A DNA stretch of 64,000 nucleotides from Eledone cirrhosa (Eukaryota), in contig OZ024742.1 in the NCBI GenBank assembly GCA_964016885.1, forward strand, positions 160,518,001-160,582,000. Direction: 5' to 3'. Both the position numbers and the translations under genes were made by a program. Below, piece after piece: positions 1 through 12,896 of this stretch. The notes beneath the pieces are model-generated. The model was given only the letters and a program-made list of their open reading frames with translations. It was not told the DNA's origin and did not search any database. Numbering within the stretch: the first letter of the stretch is position 1; each line of letters opens with the position of its first letter.

Positions 1-55
<55 letters not shown>

Positions 56-202
56 TTTAAGTATATGTTGGTTGTATACCAACACCTCAGTATGCAGATT
101 GGAGTACTCGACGAAGTGCGCAGGTTGATTTGGTTACTCCGGAGTAATGTAAAATAAAATAAAAGAAATAAGTCAAATGTTTAAAATTTGGCTTCGTTTA
201 TT

Positions 203-257
203 ACTGCTATATATATTTCGGTGACAGCCATCTTTGGCTGTGACCTCTTCAGGCAGT
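203..257 (-). ncRNA. Minimal type I hammerhead ribozyme (family A, minus arm)
   Basis: Reverse complement of the motif at 459-513. Confidence 0.85.
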
Positions 258-458
258 CCGAATTAGTGTGGTAGAGACGAGTACACATGTTGTTGAGGTG
301 TATAACTTTGTCAATACTCTGATATGCCCAGTTCCTGGTTGGGTTGCTATTTCACTGAGGAACTGGAAATAACCCAACCAGGAACTGGGCATATCAGAGT
401 ATTGACAAAGTTATACACCTCAACAACATGTGTACTCGTCTCTACCACACTAATTAGG

Positions 459-513
459 ACTGCCTGAAGAGGTCACAGCCAAAGATGGCTGTCACCGAAA
501 TATATATAGCAGT
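459..513 (+). ncRNA. Minimal type I hammerhead ribozyme (family A)
   Basis: actgc-CTGAAGA-ggtcacagcc aaagat ggctgtcacc-GAAA-tatata-TA-gcagt: stem I, intact core, stem II, palindromic stem III, then AATAAA. Confidence 0.88.
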
Positions 514-1041
514 AATAAACGAAGCCACATTTTAAACATTTGACTTATTTCTTTTATTTTATTTTATAGGAAAAAGTATTATCTTACCACAATTCCTTCG
601 TTATATATATATACATATATATATGCTTATTTACATGCGTGAAGGAATTATTTGAAATACTCGATAATACATAAAGAAAAATGTTCAACAATATTTAACT
701 ATAAATTTATATATAAACCCCAGTGTATTACCGCAATTCTTGTGGGTATTTGTCTTTATTGTCAATGTTGCTATCTTTTTCCACTTTTTTTCTTTTTTCA
801 ACTTTCTCTTTTTCCCATCAAACGTTTATATGCACATGTGTGTCAATGTATATGATAATATACATATATATATATGTGTGTATTTATATATATATATATA
901 TATACATATGATGTATATATATATCATGTATATATATATATATATATATATATTTTATATATATATATGTACATATATATATGTATACATATATATGTGT
1001 GTATTTATATATATATTAATATCATATATATATATACATAT

Positions 1042-1072
<31 letters not shown>

Positions 1073-1142
1073 CAGTATGTTATTATGTTATCTATATGTG
1101 TATATACGTTTGTATGAATGTATGTATAATAATAATCATAAT

Positions 1143-1718
1143 AACTGTTTCTACTTTTGGCACAAGGCATTACTGGTACTTTATTTTATCGACCCCCGTA
1201 AGGATGAATGGCAAAGTTAACTTCGGCAGGATTTGAACTCAGAATGGCAAGGGCCGTAATTCTATACGTCAAAGCATGGCGTCCGACCCTCTACCGATAC
1301 TGCCAACCCACCGCCCTAATAATAATCATAACATTTTCACATTAGGTAATAGACCAACAATTTTTTTGGAGGGTGAACTCGATTAAACTGCTCCAGTGCA
1401 TTACTGGTACTTTACTTTATCGACTCTGTAAGGATGAAAGGGAAAGCTAACCTCGCCGGGATTTGAACTCAGAACGTAAAGGAACGTAACTATAAGCCGC
1501 AAAGCATGTTGTCAATCGCTCTACGGATACCGCCAATAATAATTGTTTCTACTTTTGGCACAAGGCCAGCAATAACCCAGTACATTACTGGTACTTTATT
1601 TTATCGACCGCATAAGGATGAAAGGCAAAGTTAACCTCAGTGGGATTTGAACTCAGTCCGTAAAGGGACGTAACTGTGCTGCAAAGCATGGCGTCCGACC
1701 CTCTACCGATACTGACAA
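1143..1718 (-). mobile_element. Three tandem tRNA-derived SINE copies separated by (AAT)n
   Basis: Minus strand has A box TGGCAGTATCGG, B box GAGTTCAAATCC, central TTTCATCCTTACGGGGTCGATAAAATAAAGTACCAG (Meta-domain-like) and an (ATT)n tail. Confidence 0.85.
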
Positions 1719-1889
1719 TAATAATGTGGTTACATAACACATATTCTATATAACAATCACAAAAATAAAATAATAATGGAAATGATGAAACAAATCCTTT
1801 AACAACGTAAACCTAACGTAGCATTCATTGCATAATATAGCACCGAAGAAGAGAGCCACACAAGGACCCATGATATTCAGACTTCATTC

Positions 1890-1990
<101 letters not shown>

Positions 1991-3213
1991 CTATGTGCAG
2001 AGATTATGTTGTTATTTTAATTATTTCTATAACTCAGAAAATGACATACAAAACACAAACATAATGATCCCGACATAGCCACACATCTCTCCATCTCTCT
2101 TAACATTTTAAAATTATGAAACCTCTGAAACCGGTAGAGTTTATAAGCAACTGTAAATAAACCTTCTTAAAGACTCCAATTGTATTTTCATATATACCTG
2201 TAGTTGCGACCGATAGATAGTATTAGCAATTGAAAAGACCTACGGAAACATTGTTTCCTCGGTCCGATTTGACGAAAGTCAATCGACTGCCGATATATAT
2301 ATGTCATTAAACGTTAGGACACGTGGAATATTAACCGAGATACATACATGTTATATAAAATACATACATACATATTTATTATTTATTAATACAAACTATA
2401 TGCATACATGCACAGAAAAACACGGCAGTTCTTTGTTTTACATTGGCTTAATACATAATACATTTACTGGCCAGTAAAGCGTTGTCTCAAACCCGTTACA
2501 TAGGAAACACTATATCGCTTTGAAAGCATTCTTGGTGATAAAAAGGTAGAAGTGGGTTTCCTGGCGTAACATGGTCTATCTTTAACTGAGTCACTCCGTT
2601 CAATGATAATTGTAAACGTTGCAACTTATGTTTGACTGAGAAATATCACACCATAAAAACAAACTGATTAAATAATAATCAAAAAGACAACTCTAAATTA
2701 CACTTGACATGGCCGCAACTGATCGAAATCCCCGGTAACGGATGACAAATATTCTAACTTTGTACCTAAATACAATCAAACTTTATCAGTTGTAACAGTT
2801 ATTTATACGGAAAAATTCGTAAGCAATTTACTCATTCATATATTTTTCAATTAAACGCATTTTTGCCTCTTTCGGTTTATGGTATAACAATTATTCGTTT
2901 TACTTCCGTATGAGAGTTTGTTCTAGTCTGACTTCTATATATAGAGACATTGAGCTTAAAAATTCGCTTCCTTATTCTCATCTGATGAGCTGTAAAACCT
3001 ACACTTTGCATCCAACACCGAAAGATTTTACTTAGTATTTTGATTGCTGTGTCTCCCTGTGAGAAGAAAATAAAAGAAATCCGTGATAGGATAAAATATA
3101 TTTGAAAAATGATAAGAATTACTTTTTTGAGGGTTGATATTCTTTAAGGATCAAGTGTTAATCATTCTAAAAGTCATTTTTATCCTTTTCATGTATGTAT
3201 GTGTGTGTGTATC

Positions 3214-3313
<100 letters not shown>

Positions 3314-3341
3314 ATCAAAAGATAGTTAAAAGAGTTCCATG

Positions 3342-3412
3342 TATTTTATTATACGCATTTCAAAAACAAATATCATCATGCAATAACATTTGTGTTTTCA
3401 TCAGATAAAATA
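3342..3412 (-). ncRNA. Hammerhead ribozyme (family B, minus arm)
   Basis: Reverse complement of 3614-3684; stem III reads TGCGTA. Confidence 0.8.
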
Positions 3413-3613
3413 GGAAGACATGATATGAAGGTTAAAAAACACTTGTGAATAGTGCAGTTTTAAATCAACATATGAAAAGTAGTTTTAGATTGATAACATC
3501 AACATATGAAAAGTAGTTTTAGATTGATGTTATCAATCTAAAACTACTTTTCATATGTTGATTTAAAAGTGCACTATTCACAAGTGTTTTTTAACCTTCA
3601 TATCATGTCTTCC

Positions 3614-3684
3614 TATTTTATCTGATGAAAACACAAATGTTATTGCATGATGATATTTGTTTTTGAAATGCGCATAATAAAATA
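3614..3684 (+). ncRNA. Minimal type I hammerhead ribozyme (family B)
   Basis: tattttat-CTGATGA-aaacacaaatgttattgcatgatgatatttgttttt-GAAA-tgcgca-TA-ataaaata. Confidence 0.88.
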
Positions 3685-3769
3685 CATGGAACTCTTTTAA
3701 CCATCTTTTGATCTTATATATTATGTATACTCCAGTCCTACAAATATATATATATATATATATATAATT

Positions 3770-4350
3770 GGTGCTACTGGTAACATGTATCCGAGTACAA
3801 CCTGTCTCATGGTCGGGTTGTTGGCGACTAAACTGGCAACCCCACCAAGGTTTCTTGGTGAGGAGGGTGACTTTGGACATCCTGCAGGACTAAAAACAAA
3901 ACCTGTCAAAGGGCAAAGGGGCTCTTAAGAGTCAATGGCCATCCAAAATCACTGGGAGAGATGACCCTTAAGCCTTTCTCAAGGCAGAATTCTAGGAGAA
4001 GGAAAACTCTGATATAACACCTGATGGTATCCAATGATGTTGACTTGTTCTTCTTTTTGGTAAATATTATCTTGGTTAAGAGAGTGGGACTGGCTTTGTG
4101 CAGTGCCTTTGCCCACTATAAAAGCTTCACGGCACAGGCATTGCTTTATGTCTGGAGATATCTCTGCACTTGTCGTCACATGGTACTATGGGCCCAGCAC
4201 TATGTGTCAATAATTGTCACAAGTGTAGTGTTTGTACCAGTTTTCAAGTCGCTGGCTGGACTAAAAAGTCACACTCGTTCAGCGCATCGGTAGGGGTTCT
4301 CCTACATGGATATAAAGTAGTGGCCGTGCTCGAAAACGAGTTGGCAGCCA

Positions 4351-4352
<2 letters not shown>
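3770..4352 (+). mobile_element. Non-autonomous or degenerate RTE-like LINE derivative (C-terminal C2H2 finger plus 3' stem-loop)
   Basis: Frameshifted HKCSVC..FKSLAGLKSHTRSAHR* at ~4215-4293; 3' hairpin gtggc..gctcg aaaa cgagt..gccac before (AT)n. Confidence 0.45.
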
Positions 4353-4393
<41 letters not shown>

Positions 4394-4774
4394 TATTCCT
4401 TTATAAAGAAAAATATGCCATTTCATAAAAAAATGGCATATTGAAGTAGAATCTTTAGAACATCATGCAGAATGTCATAAAAACTTTAACCGACAAACTC
4501 TGTAGGAATCTTATGCTCTAGATTAAACCACAAAATATTTTAGTGAAAATCTTCGGGTTCGTATGAACCAAGGCTGAATACCATTTACAATTTTCCCTTT
4601 CCCCATTCTCTATATGCAATAAAAAATATTAAGTTAAAATTTATTATAACTCGGTAAATCCCAAAAGAACATCAACTAACAGATTCCGTTGTATATATTA
4701 AATATTATTTGGACATATAGGGAATATTATATTTTTATTTTTTCTTCTTACTATTATTATTGTTGGTATATTTA

Positions 4775-4882
4775 CCTTTCGTCATTCTGGGGTCGATAAA
4801 ATACAGTACAAAGAAAGTACTGGGATTGATTAAATCGAGTTTCTTCTCGACCCGCTCCCGAAATTACTGGCCTTGTGTCTAA

Positions 4883-4924
<42 letters not shown>

Positions 4925-5070
4925 TGCAGCAAAGAGTTACGGCCCTTTATGGTCTGAGTTCAAATCCCGCCGAGGTTAACTTTGCCTTTCATGCTTACGG
5001 GGTCGATAAAATAAAGTACCAGTAATACACTGTGATAATTGCTGGCCTGGTGCCAAAAGTAGAAACAATT
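4775..5070 (+). mobile_element. Two 5'-truncated tRNA-derived SINE copies, each with an (ATT)n tail
   Basis: Same family as 1143-1718; B box GAGTTCAAATCC at ~4955. Confidence 0.8.
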
Positions 5071-5088
5071 ATTATTATTATTATTATT

Positions 5089-5325
5089 ACAGTTGCATTT
5101 ATCTTGCTTCATGTTCATACGAGTTATCACCAAGTCACAACCAGTGACCTCAGGAGACAACAAGGTCCGCCATGTTCAAGAAAAAACATACATACTCACA
5201 CATGCATCTTTAGGTGTTTAGACTTGTTATGTACTTATATTGACAGAATCTTCCTTAGTATATGGGCAGTTCCCATTAGTACTATCTTTTGTATTTCTCC
5301 TATACGCGGGTTTCCTGGGATTTGC

Positions 5326-5327
<2 letters not shown>
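5089..5327 (-). mobile_element. Short 5'-truncated R4/Dong-like LINE copy (ORF end plus 3'UTR)
   Basis: Near-identical to 5386-5622; flanked by (TTA)n. Confidence 0.85.
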
Positions 5328-5385
<58 letters not shown>

Positions 5386-5387
<2 letters not shown>

Positions 5388-7320
5388 AGTTGCATTTATC
5401 TTGCTTCATGTTCATACGAGTTATCACCAAGTCACAAACAGTGACCTCAAGAGACAACAAGGTCCGCCATGTTCAAGAAAGAACATACATATTCACACAT
5501 GCATCTTTAGTGTTTAGACTTGTGATGTACTTATATTGACAGAATCTTCCTTAGTATATGGGCAGTTCCCATTAGTACTATCTTTTGTATTTCTCCTATA
5601 CGCGAGTTTCCTGGGATTTGCGATAAGTAATCATTAGACCCCTTAGGTATCATTCCCAGAGCGCCTACAACCACTGGTATTGTTTTAGTTCTCAATTTCC
5701 ACATTTTTCCAATTTCTATCTCCAGGTCCTTATACTTGCTCAATTTTTCAAATGTTTTTATAGATACATTCTTGTCTATTGGAACAGACATATCAATTAG
5801 CAGGCATACCCTCTTTTGAAAGACTTTCAATATTATATCAGGTCTGTTTGCATCTATTTTTCCGTCTGTTTGGATGCTAAAGTTCCACAAGATTGAGATG
5901 TGATCTTTTTCAAGTATGGGAGGTGGTTGATGCTCCCACCAATTCTTTTGATGGGGCAGGTCAAAATGCTTACACATTATCCAATGTATGTATTGTGCAG
6001 CTCTGTCATGCCTGTTTAGGTATTCGGTTGGAGCTATAGGACTGCACATTGAAATTATATGGTCAATGGTCTCTGGTTGTTTTTTGCATACACGGCATAA
6101 TGGGCTGCATCCATTTTTTATTATGTTGGCTTGGTAATTTTTTGTTGGCAGACACTGATCTTGTGCCGATATAATCAGTCCTTCAGTCTCCGATTTCAGT
6201 CCAGAGGATGCCAACCACTGATGGGTTAAAGTTTTGTCAACATCAGGATTGTTAGCTCGCTCTGGTTATTTTCCATACAGAGGCTTTTCTTGCCATTTCT
6301 TAGCCAGTTTCTGTAGCAGTTCTTTCTTTGCAGTTACTTTTACCTGCTTTGCTTTTTCTGTGTTTTCCATTTCAGCAGTAAATGGGACTTCTGAAATTTG
6401 TAGTCCATTACTGTATCTCTGTGCATCTTTTGTAATGGAATATGATCTTTTGATGCTTTCGTGTTTTAAAACGAGTTTGATCATCCAATCATGTGATTCC
6501 CTTAGATATGTAGATAATCCAATTGTTGCAGTTTTCAACGCAATGTCTAACTGGATTAACCCACGTCCCCCTTCTTTCCTAGGGAGATATATTCTATCTA
6601 TATCTGCCTTAGGGTGATGCATTCTGTGCATGGTTAAGAATTTTCAAATTTTTGTATCGAGCCTACGGATCTCTGTGCTTGACCGGTTGATGACATTGTA
6701 ACTGTAGGTTACTACTGGTATGGCAAGCGTGTTTATGGCATCGATCCTATTCCTTGCATTCAATTCCGTTCTTAAGATTGCTCTTACTCTGCGGTAACAT
6801 TCCTTCCTTATCCTTTCCCTCATTGTCGAGTGCTTGATTCCGTCTCCTTCACAAACACCTAGATATTTGTAAGTTTTTTCTTGATCAAGTTCTTTTATCA
6901 CGTTCCCCCGATCAAGATTAATGTCTGAACTCTTCAGCAGCTTTCCTCTAGTGAACGTTGCTTTGGCGCATTTATCTAGTCCAAACTCCATTTTAATGTC
7001 ATCACTGAACTGCTTCACAGTGGATAATAGCCCTTGCAATTATTCATCATTTTTTGCAAATAGTTTCAGGTCATCCATGTAGAACAGGTGATTAATGGTT
7101 TTGTCATAGACTTTATATCCATGTTTTGTTTCATTGAGCATTTTACTTAATGGTATAAGTGCGATGCAGAATAAAAGCGGTGATAAAGAGTCACCCTGAT
7201 AAAATTCCACAATTAATATTAACTTCTCCAGCTTCCAGTGATTTTGTTTCACTGTTCAAAAGGAGTGTCGTTTTCCATGTCTTCATACTGAATGACAAAA
7301 ACCTCCTGACAACGGGGGAT
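5386..7320 (-). pseudogene. 5'-truncated R4/Dong-clade non-LTR retrotransposon (RT, CCHC finger, restriction-like endonuclease), frameshifted
   Basis: ORF pieces 7040-7252 (QGDSLSPLLF, HLFYMDDLKLFA), 6644-7039 (FGLDKCAK, YKYLG), 6266-6631, 5531-6214 (CRVC..ETIDHIISMC, RHD, RPDII..LIDMSVP..KYKDL); (TAA)n tail. Confidence 0.9.
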
Positions 7321-7690
7321 TATTATTATTATTATTATTATTATTATTGGCGACCTACGTAGTAAATCGTATCATCGTGAGCTCCGCAAAGGTTTGTTAT
7401 TTCCGCTTGTTAAAAATTGCCATTTATGGAAAATGTTATTGTTAACTGTTTATAAGCACACATACATTGTTTTCCGAAAAGGACACCCAAAAAGATTGGG
7501 GCCTTGTGCCCAAAATTTTAACTTTTATTATTATCCAAAAATTTCTTTGAAAAAAAATGGCTAATTCCCCTCTGCACGAAGCAGCTGAAAGCCTTCCTCA
7601 CAAAATAACACCTCACACCGACACCACCATTGTAAATGTTACTACGTTTGCCAACACAAAAAAAATATAAGCAGTAGCAATATTTTAAAT

Positions 7691-8968
7691 TTGTCTCAGG
7701 CAGACATTCATTTCCCGCCATTACCAATGACTGCAGGTGTTAAAGCCTCCACCACCACCACCACCGCGACAACCACCACCCCCACCACCACCGCGACAAC
7801 AGAAACAAAAGAAGAAAAAAATAAATTAACTCGTGATGTCGAAATGAAATTAAGCAAAATGGACTCTTCCGCACCAAAGACGACTGACGTCACCACCACC
7901 ACTACTGAAACTAAAATTAAGATTAACACAAATAACGATAGCAACAATAACAACAATGACATTATAAAACCGACCCTCAGTTTCGCCATCGTAGCAAAAC
8001 AATTCGAAGCGTTCGCGGTAACTCAAGAGGATTTAGAAAATGCCAAACAAATGGTAAAGAAAGATGGGTACAGGGTCAGCCTCACCCCCCCACCTAATAA
8101 AATGGAGCATCGGCGCCTATGCACCGTGTCGTATAGAACAATAAATGTAAAATCGCGCCGAGTGGAACGGGCATCCGAGTCCCAAATCCAAAAAGCTTTG
8201 GGACATGTGTGGGCAAGAAAAACCCACATCAGACGTGGGCAAAAGTATGGAACCGTGGATGTGTTCTTTGAAACACCAGAGGAGGCTAGAGAACACTCCA
8301 TGGCCCCATTAAAAAGTGACGACTTCACACTCGTCCCAAGCTATTGTGGCCAGAGACTCGTAAAGATCAGGGTGACCCACGTTCCTCCGGCCATCGAAAT
8401 TCCCTGGCTAATAGCGGCTGTCCTCGCCGGCATCGAAGCCAACACGAAAATAATAGCAATAGCAAAGGAAAAGCAGGAAAACTGGTCCGGATCTGGGATG
8501 GAGCTCCTAATCCAAGCGGACCAAAAAAGCATTGAGGAGATCCCAGAGGTAATAGACCTCACTGACGGCAGCCACCTCACGGTAATTGTCGAGGGCAGAA
8601 GACCTAGGTGTGTCGTTTGTGGTGAAGGAACCCACCTAAGGGCTTTCTGCCCTCAGGCTAAAAGGTTGAGGCCACCTCTCCTACCCACCCCAGTGACACA
8701 ACCATCAACACCACCAGTAGCAGAGATGGCAGCAACAACTGTAGCAGCAACAACAGAAGCAACTATAACAGCAACAACCCCAGCAACAGTAGCAAAACCA
8801 ACACCACCACCACCCAACGCTTCAGAACTAGCACCAGCGCCCACACCATCCACCACACCACAACCAAAACTAACGGCTGTGGAGGATTTTCCACTCCCCG
8901 GCCTATCACAACTGGAGACAGATTGTGATGACGAGGAGTGGGAAACGATATCCGGAAAAAAAAAGTAA
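7691..8968 (+). CDS. LINE ORF1 (gag-like, RRM-type region plus CCHC zinc knuckle)
   Basis: 425 aa; VIVEGRRPRCVVCGEGTHLRAFC knuckle; Thr/Pro-rich ends. Confidence 0.8.
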   Translation: MSQADIHFPPLPMTAGVKASTTTTTATTTTPTTTATTETKEEKNKLTRDVEMKLSKMDSSAPKTTDVTTTTTETKIKINTNNDSNNNNNDIIKPTLSFAIVAKQFEAFAVTQEDLENAKQMVKKDGYRVSLTPPPNKMEHRRLCTVSYRTINVKSRRVERASESQIQKALGHVWARKTHIRRGQKYGTVDVFFETPEEAREHSMAPLKSDDFTLVPSYCGQRLVKIRVTHVPPAIEIPWLIAAVLAGIEANTKIIAIAKEKQENWSGSGMELLIQADQKSIEEIPEVIDLTDGSHLTVIVEGRRPRCVVCGEGTHLRAFCPQAKRLRPPLLPTPVTQPSTPPVAEMAATTVAATTEATITATTPATVAKPTPPPPNASELAPAPTPSTTPQPKLTAVEDFPLPGLSQLETDCDDEEWETISGKKK

Positions 8969-9522
8969 CCAAAAAACAAAATAATTCTCTTCCTTCCCCC
9001 TCCAAAAACAAAATACAGAGGAAAACAAATAAACTAAGAAACAAAAAAGTTAGGACAGATATGCCACCATCCACACCAGCATCACCAACCCCATCAACCC
9101 AAACACCAACACCATCACCATCATTAACTCCAACACCACCATCACCTACACCACAAAAGTCACCAAAATGCGAAACAGAAACAAACCCACAACAAACGCA
9201 AACAAAACAAAACAACCAAAACGATACACACTACACAGCATTAAATTTGAACAACAAGCAATTATTACACTACATCCAACACAACACCAACATCACAGAA
9301 AAAGACTACACAACAACCCCAAAATTCACACCACCTCCACACATACAAATCACTCGCATCACACAGAAAACGTACATGACACTAAAACAAAAATTCCCCA
9401 AAGACATCGGAGACTTCCGACAAGCACTCTCCAGGAGGATTTATAAGGACATCCTTCCTGAGGAGGCCACAAGCAGTGAAAAGGATGGAAAAACCGTCCT
9501 TCCCCTACGAGAAGTAAGGTAA
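8938..9522 (+). CDS. Probable frameshifted C-terminal part of ORF1 (basic, Pro-rich)
   Basis: Overlaps the ORF1 end at an A-run (8956-8964); stops 35 nt before the ORF2 ATG. Confidence 0.5.
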   Translation: MGNDIRKKKVTKKQNNSLPSPSKNKIQRKTNKLRNKKVRTDMPPSTPASPTPSTQTPTPSPSLTPTPPSPTPQKSPKCETETNPQQTQTKQNNQNDTHYTALNLNNKQLLHYIQHNTNITEKDYTTTPKFTPPPHIQITRITQKTYMTLKQKFPKDIGDFRQALSRRIYKDILPEEATSSEKDGKTVLPLREVR

Positions 9523-9556
9523 GTGGTCTTTCCCATCTTTTCCACTCCTTTTCAAC

Positions 9557-12500
9557 ATGACCTCACTCAGAAAAGGCAGCATAAATGCGCGTGGCTTGGG
9601 GTCGTCATGGAAGCAGGGCCACCTGTTCAACGACCTCAGGTCACTAAACATAGATGTAGTGGCCATCAGCGAGACCAGAATCTCCGAAGCACAGGCTTTC
9701 GCACCGATCTTCGGCGGCTACGATGTGTACGCATCTCCCAGCCGTCCGGGATCAGGGGGAGGAGTTGCTGTGCTTTTTCGGAGAGGTTTGGATCTTGCCA
9801 TACGGGCCATCTTCCTGGACCCAGAAGGTAAGTTGGTGGTGCTGGACGTGACCAGCGGAGACGGGCAAGCTTTCAGGTTAGTGGCCGTCTATGCCCCGAC
9901 AGGAGCAGGGCGGCCTGATTTCTTCCGGCGTCTGGAGACCTTTCTTGGAACGTCCCGCTCTTTAGTGTTAGTGGGCGACTGGAACGGGATCTTAGATGCA
10001 CGCTGGGATTGTGTGGGATTAGTGGATAGGGAAGGAGGGTGCAAGAGTCTCACCAACCTGCTCAGACGTTTTGAACTGTCTGACAGGTACCGAATGGATT
10101 TCCCGAATGTACCAATGTGGACTTGGACAAATCGCATAGGGTCATCCAGATCATATCTAGATAGAGTATTTTGTAGGGAAATAGATAGGTCTAGCATAGG
10201 CTGTCCACAATTCAAGATAGTCAGCTACACGGACCACAAATTCGTGATCTGTGTGCTTAACTTAGATAGGCTTCATAGGCGAGGACCCGGCTACTGGAAG
10301 CTAAACGCGTCCTTACCAGCGCGCAAGGCCTACAGAGACCGGATTAGCGAACTAGTTAAGCGGGCGTTGACGGGGGCCATCGTCAACAAGTGGTGGTTTG
10401 CTCTGAAAAGAGCAATTAGAATAGAGTCCATTAGGTTTAGTAAGACTTTAGCAATAGAGAAAAATAGAGCAGAGGGAGAACTAGTTAGAAAATTAGATGA
10501 GGCGCTTAGCAATGGCATCGCGACCGACGTACTTGCGGCGAAATTGGCCCTTGACCAATTCTTCAATGCAAAGCACGAAGGCTGCGTTGTCAGAGCTAGG
10601 GTGCGTGCTCTCAGACACGAGGGGACGAAAGCCGTTCAATGGGCCCGAGTGGCGGAGGCGCGTCGTGGCAAAAACCCGCCAGTGGCGGGCCGGATCGAGG
10701 GATGGACTTTAGTGTCTACCTCGACGGACTGCCGCGGCTTTCGGCCACTGAGGCGGAGTGCTGCGAAAAGCCGATAACAACCGCTGAAGTACGGGATGCA
10801 ATGACTAGTTGCACAAGGGTTAAATCGCCTGGTTTCGATGGTCTGCCCTATGAACTTTACGTACAAATGCCAAACTTGTTCGGAGGCCTCTTGGCGGACG
10901 TCTACTGCAACTGGCAACAGGACGGGAGAATTCCCAGCTCTGTGAGCCGAGGAGCGGTGGCGCTGCTGAGAAAGGATCCGAACAAGGGGGATAACATAGA
11001 TAATTTTAGGCCCATAACTCTGCTAAACACAGAGTTCAAGATTTTGGCCAAGGTGCTAGCAAAGAGGTTGGCGCTTGTCGTTGATGGTCTGGTGGGAGAG
11101 GCACAGACATGCGCCATTCCCGACAGATCTATCCACGACAACCTCCACCTCATGCGATACATCGTAGAGAGGGTAGCTAGGGAACCTGGCACGCGTGGGT
11201 CTTTGATCAATTTAGATCAGTCGAAAGCCTTCGATAGGGTCGACCATCGTTACCTAGCGGCAGTCCTGAGGGCGGCTGGCTTTGGGCCCGTCTTCAGAGG
11301 CTGGATCGCTGCCATGCACAGCGACATCTGCTCTGTAGTGAGAGTGAACGGTCACCTTTCGGAACCGTTCAACATCATGCGCTCGGTCCGCCAAGGATGT
11401 CCCCTCTCGTCCCTCTTGTACGTATTGACTCTCGAGCCATTACTGCACAAGCTAGAGACGTTGAGGGCGTCCCGCGAGGCGTCCAGACGGACAAACACTG
11501 GGACGAGGTGACGAGCAGGGTGGCTTCTCTCACCCAGAAATGGGCCGAGAGGAAGCTATCCCTGAAAGGTCGAGCGGAGGTGGCGAATGCGTACATCGCA
11601 TCCGTCATCTAGTACCGCCTGACCGTCGTACCTTGTCCTGACTGCGCTGGAGCGTTTGCTCTTTCGCTTCTTGTGGAAGGGACGCGCTCCGATGGTCAGG
11701 CGGTCCATCTGCTGTCAACACCCGCTACGTGGAGGGCTGGGCATGCCGTGGCTGATGATACGCAGACACGCGCTCAGGTTACGACATCTCCACCTCTTCC
11801 TCGACGGTGATCAGGTGTGGTCGCCGTTTGCTAGACACTTTTTTCCCCAGCTCGTCTCCTTGACGGAACTGCAGTCCTGGGTCAAGCGAAGACCGAGAGG
11901 GAGCGCTTGGAGGCTGGAATGTCTTCAGGCGCTCACAACCCTCGACCAATCGGGCAATGTGATCGGTGGAAACTCCAGCGTTCTATAGGGGATTAGTGGA
12001 GGGGAAGAGCGACGACGTACTTGGAGAAACTCTAGGCGTCGATGAAAATCAACTAGCCAATCTCTTCGGAAGGACTTTCGGGCCGGGGCCTATGGACAAC
12101 TTCCAGAAATCCCTGGCCTGGAAGTGCTACCGAGGAGCTTTGCCTGTTCGGGATAAACTCTACAGGCATGGAGGTGCCGTCAACCGGGCATGTCCGAGAT
12201 GCGTGCAGGGCGACGAAACCGTCCTGCACGCACTCGTCCAGTGTCCGAGCATTGCTGACTTGTGGGTTTATGTCGAACACCTGCTGTCACGTGTAGGACC
12301 TATCAAGCTATCAGCTGTGTCCATCGTGAGGATTGCCCCGCCCTCTTCCTTTAGCCGGGAAGGGCAGGCAGTTTTTATCTGTCTGGTGGCCATGGCGAAA
12401 GAGATAGTATGGTGGACACGTTTGAAAGGGCTGAAGACGAGCACTTACCTCTTCGGTGATGCCCTGATTAACTTTTTCAAATTTCATTTGAAAAGGAAAA

Positions 12501-12607
12501 TCAGGGTAGAGAGGGAAGTGCTCTCTTCCCAGCATTTTGTTGAAAGATGGGTGAGAGAAGCAAGTATGGCTCGAATGAATGGGCCTTCTCTGAGTATGTC
12601 TCTGTAA
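9557..12607 (+). pseudogene. LINE ORF2: APE endonuclease, RT and CCHC domain, disrupted
   Basis: SINARGL, ISETR, VYAP, VGDWN, SYLDRVF, YTDH, GPGYWKLN; SPGFDG, NFRPITLLN, LDQSKAFDRVDH, VRQGCPLS; CPRC..DETVLHALVQC; frameshifts and deletion of the catalytic motif region. Confidence 0.9.
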
Positions 12608-12850
12608 ATTAAAGGTGGAAAACTGGGAGAGGGCACTTGCCCTGGTGGTCAGGGCCACTGTGGTCTTTTAATGGGCTTTCTCCACAAATGTCCCTTGGAA
12701 GTCTCCCCCCTATTGGGGAATTTTTCTTTGTTATTTTTATTTCAACCTCTGTTTTTTTACGCGCAGAAATACCCATTTGTACCGTCCTGTATTGTCCTGT
12801 ACTGTCCTTAATGTCTACTTTATGTGAACCCTTGTGGTTAATAAAGAAAA

Positions 12851-12896
<46 letters not shown>

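Larger units (their letters stand above)
150..566. repeat. Near-perfect ~415 bp palindrome (inverted PLE pseudo-LTR-like element, family A) between (TA)n tracts
   Basis: 150-345 is the reverse complement of ~372-566 with few mismatches; each arm carries an HHR followed by AATAAA. Confidence 0.9.
7349..12852 (+). mobile_element. Near full-length L1/Tx1-clade LINE, copy 1, inserted in (TTA)n
   Basis: 5'UTR starting GGCGACCTACG, ORF1, ORF2 (APE-RT-CCHC), 3'UTR ending AATAAAGAAAACA plus (TTA)n. Confidence 0.92.

Noticed and set aside
2975-3035. CTGATGAG...CGAAA hammerhead-like core
   Set aside because: Stems I and II do not pair convincingly; at most a heavily decayed copy
7497-7520. GGCCTTGTGCC shared between the Tx1 5'UTR and the SINE 3' end
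   Set aside because: Only ~11 bp, not preserved in copy 2, and at the wrong end for a SINE-LINE partner tail
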